Assembly (NCBI RefSeq): GCF_001194135.2 | Contig: NC_068994.1 | Location: 59,131,582-59,169,545, forward strand | Length of the DNA: 37,964 nucleotides | Direction: 5' to 3' | DNA from: Octopus bimaculoides | Lineage: Eukaryota | Shown here: piece after piece, positions 11,573 through 23,785 of the stretch | Layout: each line of letters begins with the position of its first letter | Position numbering within the stretch: position 1 is the stretch's first letter | Made by a program: the position numbers and the translations under genes | The notes under the pieces: model-generated | What the model was told of the DNA's origin: nothing | Databases searched by the model: none | The model's input: only the letters and a program-made list of their open reading frames with translations

Positions 11573-12718
11573 GATCAAATTACTTGTTTGGTAAGTCTGC
11601 TTGTCTTAAATAGAAATAACCTACCTTCAATAATCATTGCCTTTTGCAATATAATACTGCAGCAAACAAAAGCAAGCTATGTGAAGCAATGAAATAAATA
11701 CAAAGATATTAAAAAAAAAACCCTACATATTTTCTTCAAGAACTTCTCATTACTCGTTATCTTAAACGATCTCAATCAAAGTGACCTTTCTGCATGTTAC
11801 CTTATATCTAATAAGCTTTTCGTACCATCCTTACTGGTAAAATGAATCTTTGAACTACATACACAACATTCCTGCCATTCTAAAGATATTGATAATTTAG
11901 TGAAAAATGTTTCTTTCAGACTGGGTAACCTTTCAGCTAACGAGTACATTTTTGCTGAGTTATTCTGGGACTTTAATGAATTTCTATCAACAAATGATTT
12001 TGAAGAGAAATTATCTTTTACACTCAACACATATCGCAACAATCCTCCAAAGAAAAAGGAAAAAGAGAATAGGAGAAGGAACATTAATTGGGATTAATTC
12101 TTCTTTAAACCTAGCTGTAGTGACCTCAGCTGTAGTGACTTCAGCTGTCAAATTGTTTTTCAAATTATTCAAGAACATAAGTATTACATAATTTTTAACA
12201 GAAACACTTTTAAAACCTTGAACTCAAACCATACCTGCGTCTAACTTTTCTAAATTAAACCTGAATATCAGTTAACCTACAAGTTATTGTAATCTTGTTA
12301 ATCTAAATACAGGTTTCTGAGACATTGGTCACACATGCATACACATATGTCCCCATAGGTGCCTAAAACACTCATGAACAATAGAACTCAGAGTGAATTT
12401 GATGTCAACTGGTCATGTAAAATGAAATAGGTTTGCCTAAAATTAAGTCCTGATGGCAATAAAATTGTTGGAAAAGATTATGAACAATTATTTATTGATC
12501 TAAGTATACGTGCGTGCATAAGTGTGTATGTGAAGATGTAGTGTGAGAGTATGTGTGTATATTTATTAGAGGGACAAACAATTTCTAAATAGTCTAATTA
12601 AGTTAATTAGTTCATATGGATCTGTTGCAGTTAATTTTCTACATACAAATTCATCAGTTTAATTAGTATTTCGATCAATTTAATCTACAAACTGTCAATG
12701 TGTCACAGTATGAACATA

Positions 12719-12790
12719 CGTGTGTGTGTGTGTGAGTGTGTGTGTGTATGTGTGTGTGTGTATGTGTGTGTGTGTCTGTGTGTGTGTGTC
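12719..12790. repeat. (TG)n microsatellite
   Basis: Direct inspection. Confidence 0.9.
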
Positions 12791-13639
12791 TATAAATGTA
12801 TATAAATACATATGTATACGTATACATTATTATACATATACATCAATGCATATATGAGTCGGTGTGTGAAATAAAACCTTTCTGAATAAGAAATATAGAG
12901 AAGAATCACTAAAACATTGTACATAAGTGGAAAAACAAGTTTAGCATGAATAGATTTGCTTTTAGTTAAATAAGCAAGGTCAGCCACATTGCTGCAATTA
13001 TTAGTGTCAACACTACCATCGCTTACAATTGATGTTCCCTACTTCCATGTTGGCAGTAGGAAACATCAATAGTACATATATCATATGTATATATCATATA
13101 TATATATATATATATCATATATCATATATATATCATATATACTTAGATATTATGATAAGTTTTAGCCAAGAATTGGCCCAGGCCATGGCTAACATAATAG
13201 CAGCACTTTGAAAAGGAATTTAGTAATGTTTCATATTACAGTCATTCTTTGGGCACTGTAGCCCATTCCAGTAAAGTGCCAGCTATTTTCTCTTGAAGCA
13301 CATCTGCTTATTTCATTATTACACTTTCTATACATCTGCAGTTGTTGTTGTATGTTAGTCAAAATAGCTATTAAAATTGAGAATTATGGAAATTTTTGCA
13401 GAGTTTTTGTATAACAAAACAGGAAAATGGAAATTGTTTGGTATAATTTATTCTCCATTACATGTGTTTCATTTTCTAACAGGAGTTACTAAGATTTACA
13501 TGTTAGAAAGACTTGAAACTTATTAGCATTAAACTGCCTGTTATTCTCATCAGCCCATTTGTATATTGCATGCAGGTTATTTTGCAGTTTTCATACGTCA
13601 GGAATTAAAAATTGGTGCTAAAATCCATATTCCTTTTAC

Positions 13640-14464
13640 AAATTTATTGAAACAAATGATACATGTTCTTTATTACATGGGAAAATGCAACGTAAGCACC
13701 AGTGGTATCAACCAGTTTCCTCAAATGGCCAGGGATGGAATGAACAACCTTCTGAAGGACATCGTCTGGGATGTTATTGAGAACCTCCTGAATCTGTGTC
13801 TCCAAGTCCTCCAGGGTGTGCGGTTTTGTCTTGTACACCTCCTCTTTTGTGTAACCACACAGGTAAAAATCACATGGAGTGAGACCTGGACTTCTTGGAA
13901 GCTAACATTAATTCTCCATATTCCGTTCTGTGATTACAGTCTTCAGCTTTAGTTCCTGCACGTAATGGGGTTTCCATGGATGAAAATTCAATTCTCTCTG
14001 CAACACTGTACGTATTGTGTGTCTTGTTGGTCCACTTTCACGATCTGCTCGAAGTGTTAATTTTTGCAGGCTGTGATGATGCATTTCCTGCACTGTTGCC
14101 ACGTTCTCTGCTGATCAGGATGTGGTTGGACGATCACTTTTTCTGGCATCGTTCACAGAGCCTGTGGTCATCAGCTTTGCATGACAACTTTTTATTGTCT
14201 CCGGATGTAGTGTTGCATGCTTACCTTTCCATGCACGCCACGGTCTCTGAACCAAAACAATGGAATTCCACACTTCATAGCATGCTGCTATCTTAGATTG
14301 TTCCTGAACTGTCAAGTGACCAACCATCTGGAAAATAAGACAATAAGAAAATAAGAAATCCCCATTAGTGTTGTCTGTTTTAAAAAAATGGTTTTCTCAT
14401 GACTTTAGTAATGCTAAAAATTCTTTAAGCAATTTCTAATGCCCGGTCACTTTCCACCCACCCG
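13640..14464 (-). mobile_element. Internally deleted Tc1/mariner (DD37D/DD41D-like) transposon relic
   Basis: HTH-type N-terminus HLTVQEQSKIAACYEVWNSIVLVQR...TGSVND..KS.RP, then LNFHPWKPHYVQEL, joined directly to PRSPGLTPCDFYLCGYTKEEVYKTKPHTLEDLE. Terminus CGGGTGGGTGGAAAGTGACC (minus strand) ends at 14464 and abuts TA. Confidence 0.85.
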
Positions 14465-14889
14465 TATATATATATATATATATATATATATCTATAGGAA
14501 TCTCAATTCACACACATATGTATAGATACATGTCTCTCCCCACCTCTCTCTCTCTCTCTATCGTATATACTGTGTGTGTGTGTGTGTGTGTGATGCATCA
14601 ATATACAAACAATGTAACTGAACAAAGGATTCTTTAATTAGTCACGAGTAATTCTTTTTCCATTATTCTAAAATGAAATGACAAGAAGAACACCAGTCTA
14701 TTCGAAGTGTTTCTATTATTGACATGAAACCAGTGAAACAGCTGAATTTAAATTGGTGAGAGTTGAACACGAAATAAATTCAAGGCCTTGAATATGGATA
14801 TTATTTGGCATCCATTGCATAGCAGACTCTTATCTAATTTCATACTGAGATAAGGTCCTACAGCAGAGTTGATTATGTTGAATTCAGTT

Positions 14890-15110
14890 CAGGGTAAGGA
14901 TCTCAAAACAAGTGCTCAATATCCTCTGGTTCTGTTCCCTACTCTGCACATTCCCTTCTACTGTTTGTCAGAGGTTTACAAGTGGAATGGTTTTCTAGCA
15001 GAAACTGGCCACTAGAAATGACAGCAGCTGAATCCCACAAGTAGTGCTACAGAACATCGTCCCTTTTATTAGAAGACCACCACTTCTTTGCTCTTTGTGA
15101 CTGACTTTTA
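14890..15110 (-). mobile_element. Possible L1/Tx1 ORF2 C-terminal zinc-binding relic
   Basis: Minus strand ...RRECAE*GTEPEDIEHLF*DPYP resembles C..CG.E.E.IEHLF..CP; several stops. Confidence 0.3.
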
Positions 15111-15612
15111 TCTGGACTACTTACCTGGATTAGTACAAATTTGCAGTAATCCATACCCTCAAATGGGTTGGCTTTGGGCATTTTTTGCAGTTTCAATCAA
15201 AATCTTTCTCAAAACCATTTTTCCATTCATCTCCACTGGCCTCACAACCATTCAGTGTAAGTAACTACAGGACAATCCCAATTCTCACTTTAACAGCAAA
15301 CTTTGGAAAAAGTTTTTCAAACTTGCTCAGCAGACTTGGGTTGACTTTGGACATACATATTAAGGACATAATACAGTGAAACATTATCTTGGACTTGGTA
15401 CATTCTTAAACATGGATGAAAAGTGAAACATTATATGCTTGAGAAACAAAATTTATTGATCACACTCATCATAATAAAAAGTATAATCATTTAATTCATG
15501 GTTGTCATATTCTTTGTTGTGAAACTTAATCCTAGAACAGTGGAGATGGAAGGGTGTGTCACAAATATTGTTAGTGTTCAATACATTGGCCATATTATCC
15601 AGCTGGATTTAA

Positions 15613-15853
15613 CCCATTTGTGCCAAAATTTTTCTAGTGAATGAAATTGCCTGAAAATTCACAGATAGTATCATTTTGACCCAAATCACAACTGAAAATA
15701 AATTTCATTGAAATCCTTCAATACAGACTGCATACGCATTAAGAACATGTTTCATTCTTTGATATAGATCATACACAAATCACAATTTGTATCAAGCATT
15801 TGTTTTATACCTTTATAAATTGTCAGTTTAAACGGACGATCAACATGAATGGG
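15613..15853. mobile_element. piggyBac-like MITE, 241 bp
   Basis: TTAA|CCCATTTGTG ... CATGAATGGG|TTAA; TTAA at 15609-12 and 15854-57; TIRs match 8/10. Confidence 0.55.
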
Positions 15854-16202
15854 TTAAGACAACCAGTCGAAGGACTCTTTAACCATGCTAGCTTTGGATA
15901 GATAGAAAGCTTGTTGCTATGGAAATGCCATGATTTTTAGAGTGTGAGTATGTCTACCATTTTGTCTCTGGTTGAAGATAAAGATTTGTGCTTGCATAAA
16001 CATTAGTGTTTAGACTGAAGAGTAAATGCATGGAACAAAGAGGTGGGGACGTGTGTTGGGGCTGGTGGTTTCTAATTTTGGAGTTGGTTTTCTCATTTAT
16101 GAACAAGGACCAAAGTCACTCAAATATGTGAAGCTGTCCTGTTTGATAGTAAGTCATGTCGTCTTCTTCTTCTTCTTCCTCCACAGGAGTGGGTTTGGGG
16201 GC

Positions 16203-16290
16203 ATATCTGTGTCATTAAGAAGTCTGCTTCACAATCACATGGTTCTGAGTTCAATCCCAGGGCATGACACTTTGATATATTGTCTTTAAA
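16203..16290 (+). mobile_element. Degenerate tRNA-SINE head
   Basis: cacatggttctgagttcaatcccagggcatgacactttg (B box). Confidence 0.6.
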
Positions 16291-16344
16291 TTAAAACATT
16301 TTCTAGTTATTTGAGGCTTACACAGAGAGAGAGAGAGAGAGAGA

Positions 16345-16948
16345 NNNNNNNNNNNNNNNNNNNNNNNNNNNNNNNNNNNNNNNNNNNNNNNNNNNNNNNN
16401 NNNNNNNNNNNNNNNNNNNNNNNNNNNNNNNNNNNNNNNNNNNNNNNNNNNNNNNNNNNNNNNNNNNNNNNNNNNNNNNNNNNNNNNNNNNNNNNNNNNN
16501 NNNNNNNNNNNNNNNNNNNNNNNNNNNNNNNNNNNNNNNNNNNNNNNNNNNNNNNNNNNNNNNNNNNNNNNNNNNNNNNNNNNNNNNNNNNNNNNNNNNN
16601 NNNNNNNNNNNNNNNNNNNNNNNNNNNNNNNNNNNNNNNNNNNNNNNNNNNNNNNNNNNNNNNNNNNNNNNNNNNNNNNNNNNNNNNNNNNNNNNNNNNN
16701 NNNNNNNNNNNNNNNNNNNNNNNNNNNNNNNNNNNNNNNNNNNNNNNNNNNNNNNNNNNNNNNNNNNNNNNNNNNNNNNNNNNNNNNNNNNNNNNNNNNN
16801 NNNNNNNNNNNNNNNNNNNNNNNNNNNNNNNNNNNNNNNNNNNNNNNNNNNNNNNNNNNNNNNNNNNNNNNNNNNNNNNNNNNNNNNNNNNNNNNNNNNN
16901 NNNNNNNNNNNNNNNNNNNNNNNNNNNNNNNNNNNNNNNNNNNNNNNN
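16345..16948. other. Assembly gap
   Basis: Run of N. Confidence 1.
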
Positions 16949-18056
16949 CACCACCTCCTCCTCCTCCTCCTCCACCACCACCACCTCCACCATCATGACC
17001 ACCATTCTTATTGTCATCACAAATACCAATATTACCACAGCAGCTCTGCAATACAACCCCTTCCCACTCGTTTCCCAAACAGAGTTCTGTCTGCCTCCAT
17101 GACCAGTATTTTCCATTATCAACTTGCATTATATTCTAACCCAACTTACATCATCCATTAACATCACATGTTCTTTTTTTTTTATGCTTTCTTTTCTCTT
17201 GTTTTAGCCATCAATGCAAGCATCACACTGACTTCAGAACCGTTTAAATAATAAAAAATATTTAAATGACGAAATTTTCCTTCATAGATGTTTCAAAAGT
17301 TGCGATAAAATAAGCAACAATTAAAATTATTTTCAATTCAAATATTTTATTAACAAGATTTTTATTTAATTTTTTAGTGGTTTTTCAAACATACTTTGTA
17401 AGATCTTGTAAGAATCAATTAATAGTTTTTGTGTAATTTAATTCTCAGAAGTAATTCTAATGGAAGTAAATTATATGACATTCCAGGAGTCAGAGGAGAA
17501 ACTTAACAGATGTAAAGAGAACTTATGTGATAAAGATAATACATACACACTCACACACACACAAAAACACACACACATACATACATACATACATACATAC
17601 ATACATACATACATGCAGACAGACAGACAGACAGACAGACAAATAGATATACACACGCACATCTCAAAACTGGAGATAGGAAAATTTATGGCATTGTTTA
17701 TTCACCATTACACACGTTTCATTTACTAATAGGAGTTAACAAAAATATACTTACAAAAGTATACATGCGATAGAATCAAATTAGCAAATGAAACATATGT
17801 AATGGTGAATAAATAACACCAAAGATTTTTCCAATCTCCTCTTTTGATATTATTCCTCTGCAGGAAATATTTCCCAGTATTTTCAACTCTTATGCATACC
17901 GCACTCAAATATAACATCTACCATTGGATTTGAGACACTGATAGAAGTAGATGTTCTTCAGAAGACAAAGCTTGAGTTTTAACTCTATCGACATATATAA
18001 CTTATTTGATATGCATAAACCTCATCTGATATACCTACATAGATCTTACAGGTATA

Positions 18057-18316
18057 CAGGGTGTTCAAAAAGTCTCTCTGCAGTGAATAGTTTTCATCCT
18101 GACTCTCCAAGAGTCAGACTTTCCAAGATGTATTTCAAAACATGTGGAGAAGAGACAACTTATGTATTGAAAATGAAGGACAACACTTTCAACACCTCTT
18201 ATAGAGTTTTTAAAGTCTCGTAAAGTCTAATATATTCTTTTGTAGTCTTCTACCGTTTTATAAATATTTATTTTGCAATAAAATACTCACCATGGAGAGA
18301 CTTTTTGAACAGCCTG
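18057..18316. mobile_element. Tc1/mariner MITE, 260 bp, 30-bp TIRs
   Basis: Left TA|CAGGGTGTTCAAAAAGTCTCTCTGCAGTGA; right (reverse complement) TA|CAGGCTGTTCAAAAAGTCTCTCCATGGTGA; TA on both flanks. Confidence 0.9.
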
Positions 18317-18359
18317 TACATAGTCCTTATTAGCTTTACATAAAATACATAAAGGAACT

Positions 18360-18399
<40 letters not shown>

Positions 18400-18821
18400 T
18401 ATAATATAAAGTTTATAATGAAAAGTCCGGCATAATCTAGAAAATTCAAGAATGAAAATAGTTTTTTATTTTTTTTTTGTTCTTGGTACGATGTTCAGTA
18501 GATAACTGGCTTATGTCCATTGGAGGTGAATCAGAAAATAAGATGCAAAGTTGAGCCAGAGATGAATGAGAGCTGGCCGAAGAAAGCTAAACAAGCTGAT
18601 GGAGAAGAAGCGAGAGGATGAAATGGAGATGTACAAGCTTTAACAATAACAAGGTTTAGATAAACTGAACTGGAGATGTTTGGGTATTAAACAAGCACAA
18701 AATAAATGATATTCAACTGAAAAAAAGAAAGATGTACAGGGTTATTTGGAATGTAGGAGTATCAAATGAAATGCCTTCATTTTACTCTTATAAATCCATC
18801 CACATATAGGATGCTTTATAG

Positions 18822-19091
18822 CAGGGGTTCTCAGCCCTTTTTTACTTCTAGACTCCTTTGATTATTATTTTACTCTGCCGGACCCTCACAGCTACTCCAT
18901 GTTTAAAAAAACCCTCTTATATTTTTATTATACATTACTAAGAATTTTATAAGAAAATTGTTCAAAAATTTTGTACATTGTAGATATATAACAAATTTAT
19001 TGCAGATAAATTTTAACAACAAAATCTTATACAGACCCTTAAGGGTCACGTGGACTCCAAGGGTCATGTAGACCCTGGTTGAGAACCACTG
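18822..19091. mobile_element. hAT (Charlie-like) MITE, 270 bp
   Basis: CAGGGGTTCTCAGCC ... GGTTGAGAACCACTG termini; 8-bp flanks ctttatag/atctacag (5/8 identical) are consistent with an old TSD. Confidence 0.8.
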
Positions 19092-19533
19092 ATCTACAGG
19101 ATCATTTGACTAGTTGTTAATTTATTGATTTGGGAAAGATGACGTTTGCATGATTTGAACTCAGCACATAAAGACTGAGGGGGTTAATTAAACCTCATAG
19201 ACATTCTTCTGATGCTCCAATGGTTTTGCTAATCTTCCACATCTTTATTAGAAGAAATATTTCATCCAGAGTTTCTTTTGAGTCAGTACAACATAACAAC
19301 TCTGAAATATTATTTCATAATTATTGAATTAATATGATTATTGTTTGCATTATGTTAGTAAATGAAATTTCTTCAGATTTGTTGATTAGATTTAACGAGT
19401 TGCAATTATTCATCAGGTTTTGTAATATTTAATCAAAGGCATCAAAAAATCGTGGGCAGGATATTTATACAACAATTAAGCTTTCTTTTGATGAGGCAAC
19501 AGATCACTTTTCTTTGTGGAGGAAGAGACAGAT

Positions 19534-19571
19534 TTTATTAGATTGATTCCAAAGTATGACTGGTATTTATT
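19534..19571 (-). terminator. Candidate AATAAA poly(A) signals for the desaturase gene
   Basis: TTTATT at 19534-19539 and 19566-19571, ~300 nt past the stop. The hexamer is common in AT-rich DNA, so this is weak. Confidence 0.25.
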
Positions 19572-19865
19572 CTATCAATGCAGAAGAAATATAAAACAAT
19601 CTCAATGATTATCACTGCAAAGAATCAAGTTTGACCAATCTCTTGGCTCATCTATCTCCAGTCTCCTTATAGGATGACAAATAGAATTGTTCTTTTGTGT
19701 AAATTATTTTTGTTTAAAATACTTAAAATTCCTTTTTGGTTGCTGTCTTTTTCTTTACTTTTTTAAACTTTTTTTTTTTACTTCCAGATAGGAACATGCC
19801 AGTTAAACACTTTTCTCTTGAGCTCCACCAAGGAATTTTCATATTTATAACATTGCGTATGAAAT

Positions 19866-20457
19866 CTATGAAGATTTAAAATCTTTATATTTCAAATAAC
19901 CAACCCCTCTCGAATGAGGACCAACGTTCTCATCAAATATAAAGTCCCAAAGAACTTTCAACAATGATGTATGATAAGGTAAATTCTCATAAAATTCTGG
20001 GGCTATTTCGGATACTTTAGCAATTTTATTGTAAGGAATGTAGGGGAAATCGTGGTGTTCCACATGGTACCCTACATTGAATAAGACAATATTGAGAGGA
20101 CCATAGTAAGAATGTGTTGCTTGATGCTTGCCAACAACTCCTTCGCTAAACAGATAATGTTCAGATATGAAATGACCAGCCAGTGGATGGAACCCTATTG
20201 CCATAAATGTTCCCAGAATAAGATATGTAATAGATTTGAAGCCAAACTGTTGATATATCACGACATCAAATAGTATTTGAATTAAGCCATTCATCATTTC
20301 CCATTCATTGAGGGGTTTCGGACTTTTATAGAAAGGACGAATTGCATGGATTATGGGATGCAGAATAAGCCAAATTATTTTTGTTATTGGTTTCCGGAAC
20401 ATGTAACTCTCAAAACGAGTCGGGATGTCAACATCCATGAATTCTTCACCCAAATAT
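19866..20457 (-). CDS. DEGS1: Sphingolipid delta(4)-desaturase-like (DES1/DEGS family), last coding exon
   Basis: Acceptor (T)nCAG| ends at 20458; phase 2 completes Arg. YLGEEFMDVDIPT...RKPITKIIWLILHP...HPLAGHFISEHY...SYYGPLN...FNVGYHVEHHDFP (His box 3 at 20052-20066)...KVLWDFIFD; stop TAG at 19868-19866. Aligns with human DEGS1 as recalled; orthologue versus paralogue is unresolved. Confidence 0.95.
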
Positions 20458-20579
20458 CTGAAAAAAAAAAAAGGAAAAAAACATGAAGAAGACAATTAAG
20501 CATAGTTATCATAATGGATGCATTCTTAATTATAGTAATATTCAACAATGACAACATACTGAGCAGAGAAGATGTGGCT

Positions 20580-20782
20580 GTCATTGCTGTCATCACTGCC
20601 ACCCCCATCATGGTGGTGCTTGTCATTATCACCATCATCATCATCCTCATCATTTAATGTCCATGTTCAGAACTGGCATCGGTTGGATGGTTTGATAGAA
20701 TTCAGCTGAAGACTGCATCATGGTCCAGTGTTAACGTTTGTGTGGGTTTCTGTGGCTGGATGCCCTTCATCACACCAACCAT
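20580..20782 (-). mobile_element. RTE-LINE 3' tail copy in the desaturase intron
   Basis: CAT-rich tail then ggttggatggtttga...ggctggatgcccttcatcacaccaacc. Confidence 0.7.
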
Positions 20783-21004
20783 TTGGCACCAACACTGCTC
20801 TGAGAATCAAAACCTGCTTCTGGCCAAAACAGTCTTTCATATTTTTTGGTCTGGAGAAAACAATGTTTCTCATTTCCTCTGTATTCTATCATTAGGTCTA
20901 AGAAATGTTATACACCACAAATGTTCCATGGCCAATGCATATGTTGTTGCTGTTGTTGAGTTCCAGTCAGCTCTGAGTGAGCTGTTAGGAACACGCTAGT
21001 GTTT

Positions 21005-21061
21005 TAGATAGATAAACAGACAGAACGACAGACAGACAGACAGACAGATAGATAGATAGAC

Positions 21062-21128
<67 letters not shown>
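21005..21128. repeat. (GACA)n/(GATA)n tetranucleotide repeat
   Basis: Direct inspection. Confidence 0.95.
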
Positions 21129-21470
21129 CACACCCTGATTTGGCCCTGATGTTAATCCCAATATATATTACATCTTCTTCTTCATGCTTTCATGGGTCAG
21201 ACAGAGTTTTGTCACCAATCCTTACCAATTTCTGAGCAAGGTAATATTTTTCTGTAGCCAGACATGTCTTTCACAGAAGATGGCAAAGGAATGACACTGC
21301 TTTATGACAGTGACACTCGTTTACAAAAATCAGAAAATGTCAACACACACACACACATACACACATGTATGTATGTCTATACTATGGGCTTCCTTGAGTT
21401 TCAGTTGATCAAATCCAGTGAGACGGTTTGGTTGTCCTGAGGCTATCAGAGATTCTTGACCCAAGTGCTA

Positions 21471-22429
21471 NNNNNNNNNNNNNNNNNNNNNNNNNNNNNN
21501 NNNNNNNNNNNNNNNNNNNNNNNNNNNNNNNNNNNNNNNNNNNNNNNNNNNNNNNNNNNNNNNNNNNNNNNNNNNNNNNNNNNNNNNNNNNNNNNNNNNN
21601 NNNNNNNNNNNNNNNNNNNNNNNNNNNNNNNNNNNNNNNNNNNNNNNNNNNNNNNNNNNNNNNNNNNNNNNNNNNNNNNNNNNNNNNNNNNNNNNNNNNN
21701 NNNNNNNNNNNNNNNNNNNNNNNNNNNNNNNNNNNNNNNNNNNNNNNNNNNNNNNNNNNNNNNNNNNNNNNNNNNNNNNNNNNNNNNNNNNNNNNNNNNN
21801 NNNNNNNNNNNNNNNNNNNNNNNNNNNNNNNNNNNNNNNNNNNNNNNNNNNNNNNNNNNNNNNNNNNNNNNNNNNNNNNNNNNNNNNNNNNNNNNNNNNN
21901 NNNNNNNNNNNNNNNNNNNNNNNNNNNNNNNNNNNNNNNNNNNNNNNNNNNNNNNNNNNNNNNNNNNNNNNNNNNNNNNNNNNNNNNNNNNNNNNNNNNN
22001 NNNNNNNNNNNNNNNNNNNNNNNNNNNNNNNNNNNNNNNNNNNNNNNNNNNNNNNNNNNNNNNNNNNNNNNNNNNNNNNNNNNNNNNNNNNNNNNNNNNN
22101 NNNNNNNNNNNNNNNNNNNNNNNNNNNNNNNNNNNNNNNNNNNNNNNNNNNNNNNNNNNNNNNNNNNNNNNNNNNNNNNNNNNNNNNNNNNNNNNNNNNN
22201 NNNNNNNNNNNNNNNNNNNNNNNNNNNNNNNNNNNNNNNNNNNNNNNNNNNNNNNNNNNNNNNNNNNNNNNNNNNNNNNNNNNNNNNNNNNNNNNNNNNN
22301 NNNNNNNNNNNNNNNNNNNNNNNNNNNNNNNNNNNNNNNNNNNNNNNNNNNNNNNNNNNNNNNNNNNNNNNNNNNNNNNNNNNNNNNNNNNNNNNNNNNN
22401 NNNNNNNNNNNNNNNNNNNNNNNNNNNNN

Positions 22430-22430
<1 letters not shown>
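21471..22430. other. Assembly gap inside the desaturase intron
   Basis: Run of N. The two exons join in frame without needing sequence from the gap. Confidence 1.
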
Positions 22431-22485
<55 letters not shown>

Positions 22486-23424
22486 TGTAAATGTATATGT
22501 TTATATATATATATATATGTATATTTACATACATACAAACGTATATATAGACAGATAGATAAATTCACTTACCATAAAGAAAAAAAGAGATAGTGCATGG
22601 CATGCCATTAAATAATTATTTAAAAACACACCTTTTGCGTCTGTTTTCTGTTTGTTTGTGCTTAAATATATATTATGTGTTTTTAACTTATTTATATATA
22701 TATATGTGTGTGTGTGTGTATAAATAAGAAATACGCATTAAATACAGGATGTCACCAGCGAGTGATAAACACATAAACAAACGAGAGATACGTGCAGGAC
22801 AAAATGCCAAGAAATACACAATAAGAACAGGACACCAGCAATGAGCAAAAAATACGTAAACACATAACGAGAGACAAGTAGGGGACAAAATACCAAAAGA
22901 AGGTAACTCCTCGTCAGTTGTCAGACTGTTTACTACTCCCTATTTCGTGCTTTTAAAAACAAGATAGGGAACTTCATAAGACAGCAGCATCCAGAAATTT
23001 TTAAAATATAAAATTTGTGGAGAGTTAGGGCTTCGAACAAAAAACAATAACAGAGTGGACGTACAGAGTAAACAATCGACGAAAACAAACATTAAGGGCC
23101 ATTAGGCCAAGGCGAATTGTAATGGGTAATGCCTGGGAGAAATTTTGAAAGGATATGGAATAAATAGAAGAGAAAGAATGTTGGGAGGTGAGAGAAATGA
23201 CATCCAGCTAGATGGATGTCTGGTCCGGAAAAGAGAGAGGCGAGAGAAAAATGGCGTGTGGCAGAGGCAGAGAGGAAGGAGGATAAGAGAGAGGATGAGG
23301 GAAAGAAACAGAGAGAGTGAGAAGAAGGGAGAAGGAATGAGAGATAGTAGGAAGTGGAAGAAAGACAGGGGACAGCGAAGAAGGAGGGGGTTAGGACAGA
23401 AAATAAAGAGCACTATCCAAACGT

Positions 23425-23645
23425 GATCGATGCCAGGCGCACCTGACTGGCTCCTGTGCTGATAGCACGTAAAAAGCACCCACTACTGGTTAGCGTTAGG
23501 AAGGGCATCCAGCTGTAGAAACACTGCCAGATCAGATTGGAGCCTGGTGCAGCCACTGGCTCTCCAGACCTCAATCAAACCATCCAATCCATGCCAGCAT
23601 GGAAAACAAATGTTAAATGATGATGATGATGATGATGATGATGAC
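23425..23645 (+). mobile_element. RTE-LINE 3' tail copy with (GAT)n tail in the desaturase intron
   Basis: gcgttaggaagggcatccagctgtagaaac...aaaccatccaatccatgccagcatggaaaacaaatgttaaa(tga)n. Confidence 0.8.
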
Positions 23646-23785
23646 ATACATACATGTACATATATATATATACAGACGGGAAAGCCTTTGACCATTTTTC
23701 AGTTTGATTAGGGTTGATATGCAATTGAGTAACAACAAGAACACTAACAGCAACATCAAAGAGAAAGCATGGAAAGGTAACTTAC

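Noticed and set aside
12600-12670. CTGATGA...GAAA on the minus strand as a hammerhead
   Set aside because: No stem II pairing, no GAAAC/GUH and no stem I; it looks like decayed SINE-like sequence.
13566-14296. Plus-strand ORFs of 128 and 106 aa
   Set aside because: Antisense shadows of the mariner transposase relic.
15126-15182. Possible minus-strand exon MPKANPFEGMDYCKFVLIQ ending in CAG|GTAAG
   Set aside because: No recognisable homology and no partner exon; it adjoins a probable LINE relic.
18500-18700. Possible RTE ORF C-terminal fragment (MNESWPKKA...RG)
   Set aside because: Similarity too short and degraded to support.
22730-23110. A-rich repeat with CTGACGAG on the minus strand, possibly another PLE terminal repeat with a hammerhead
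   Set aside because: No GAAA at a compatible position; the family cannot be assigned from sequence alone.
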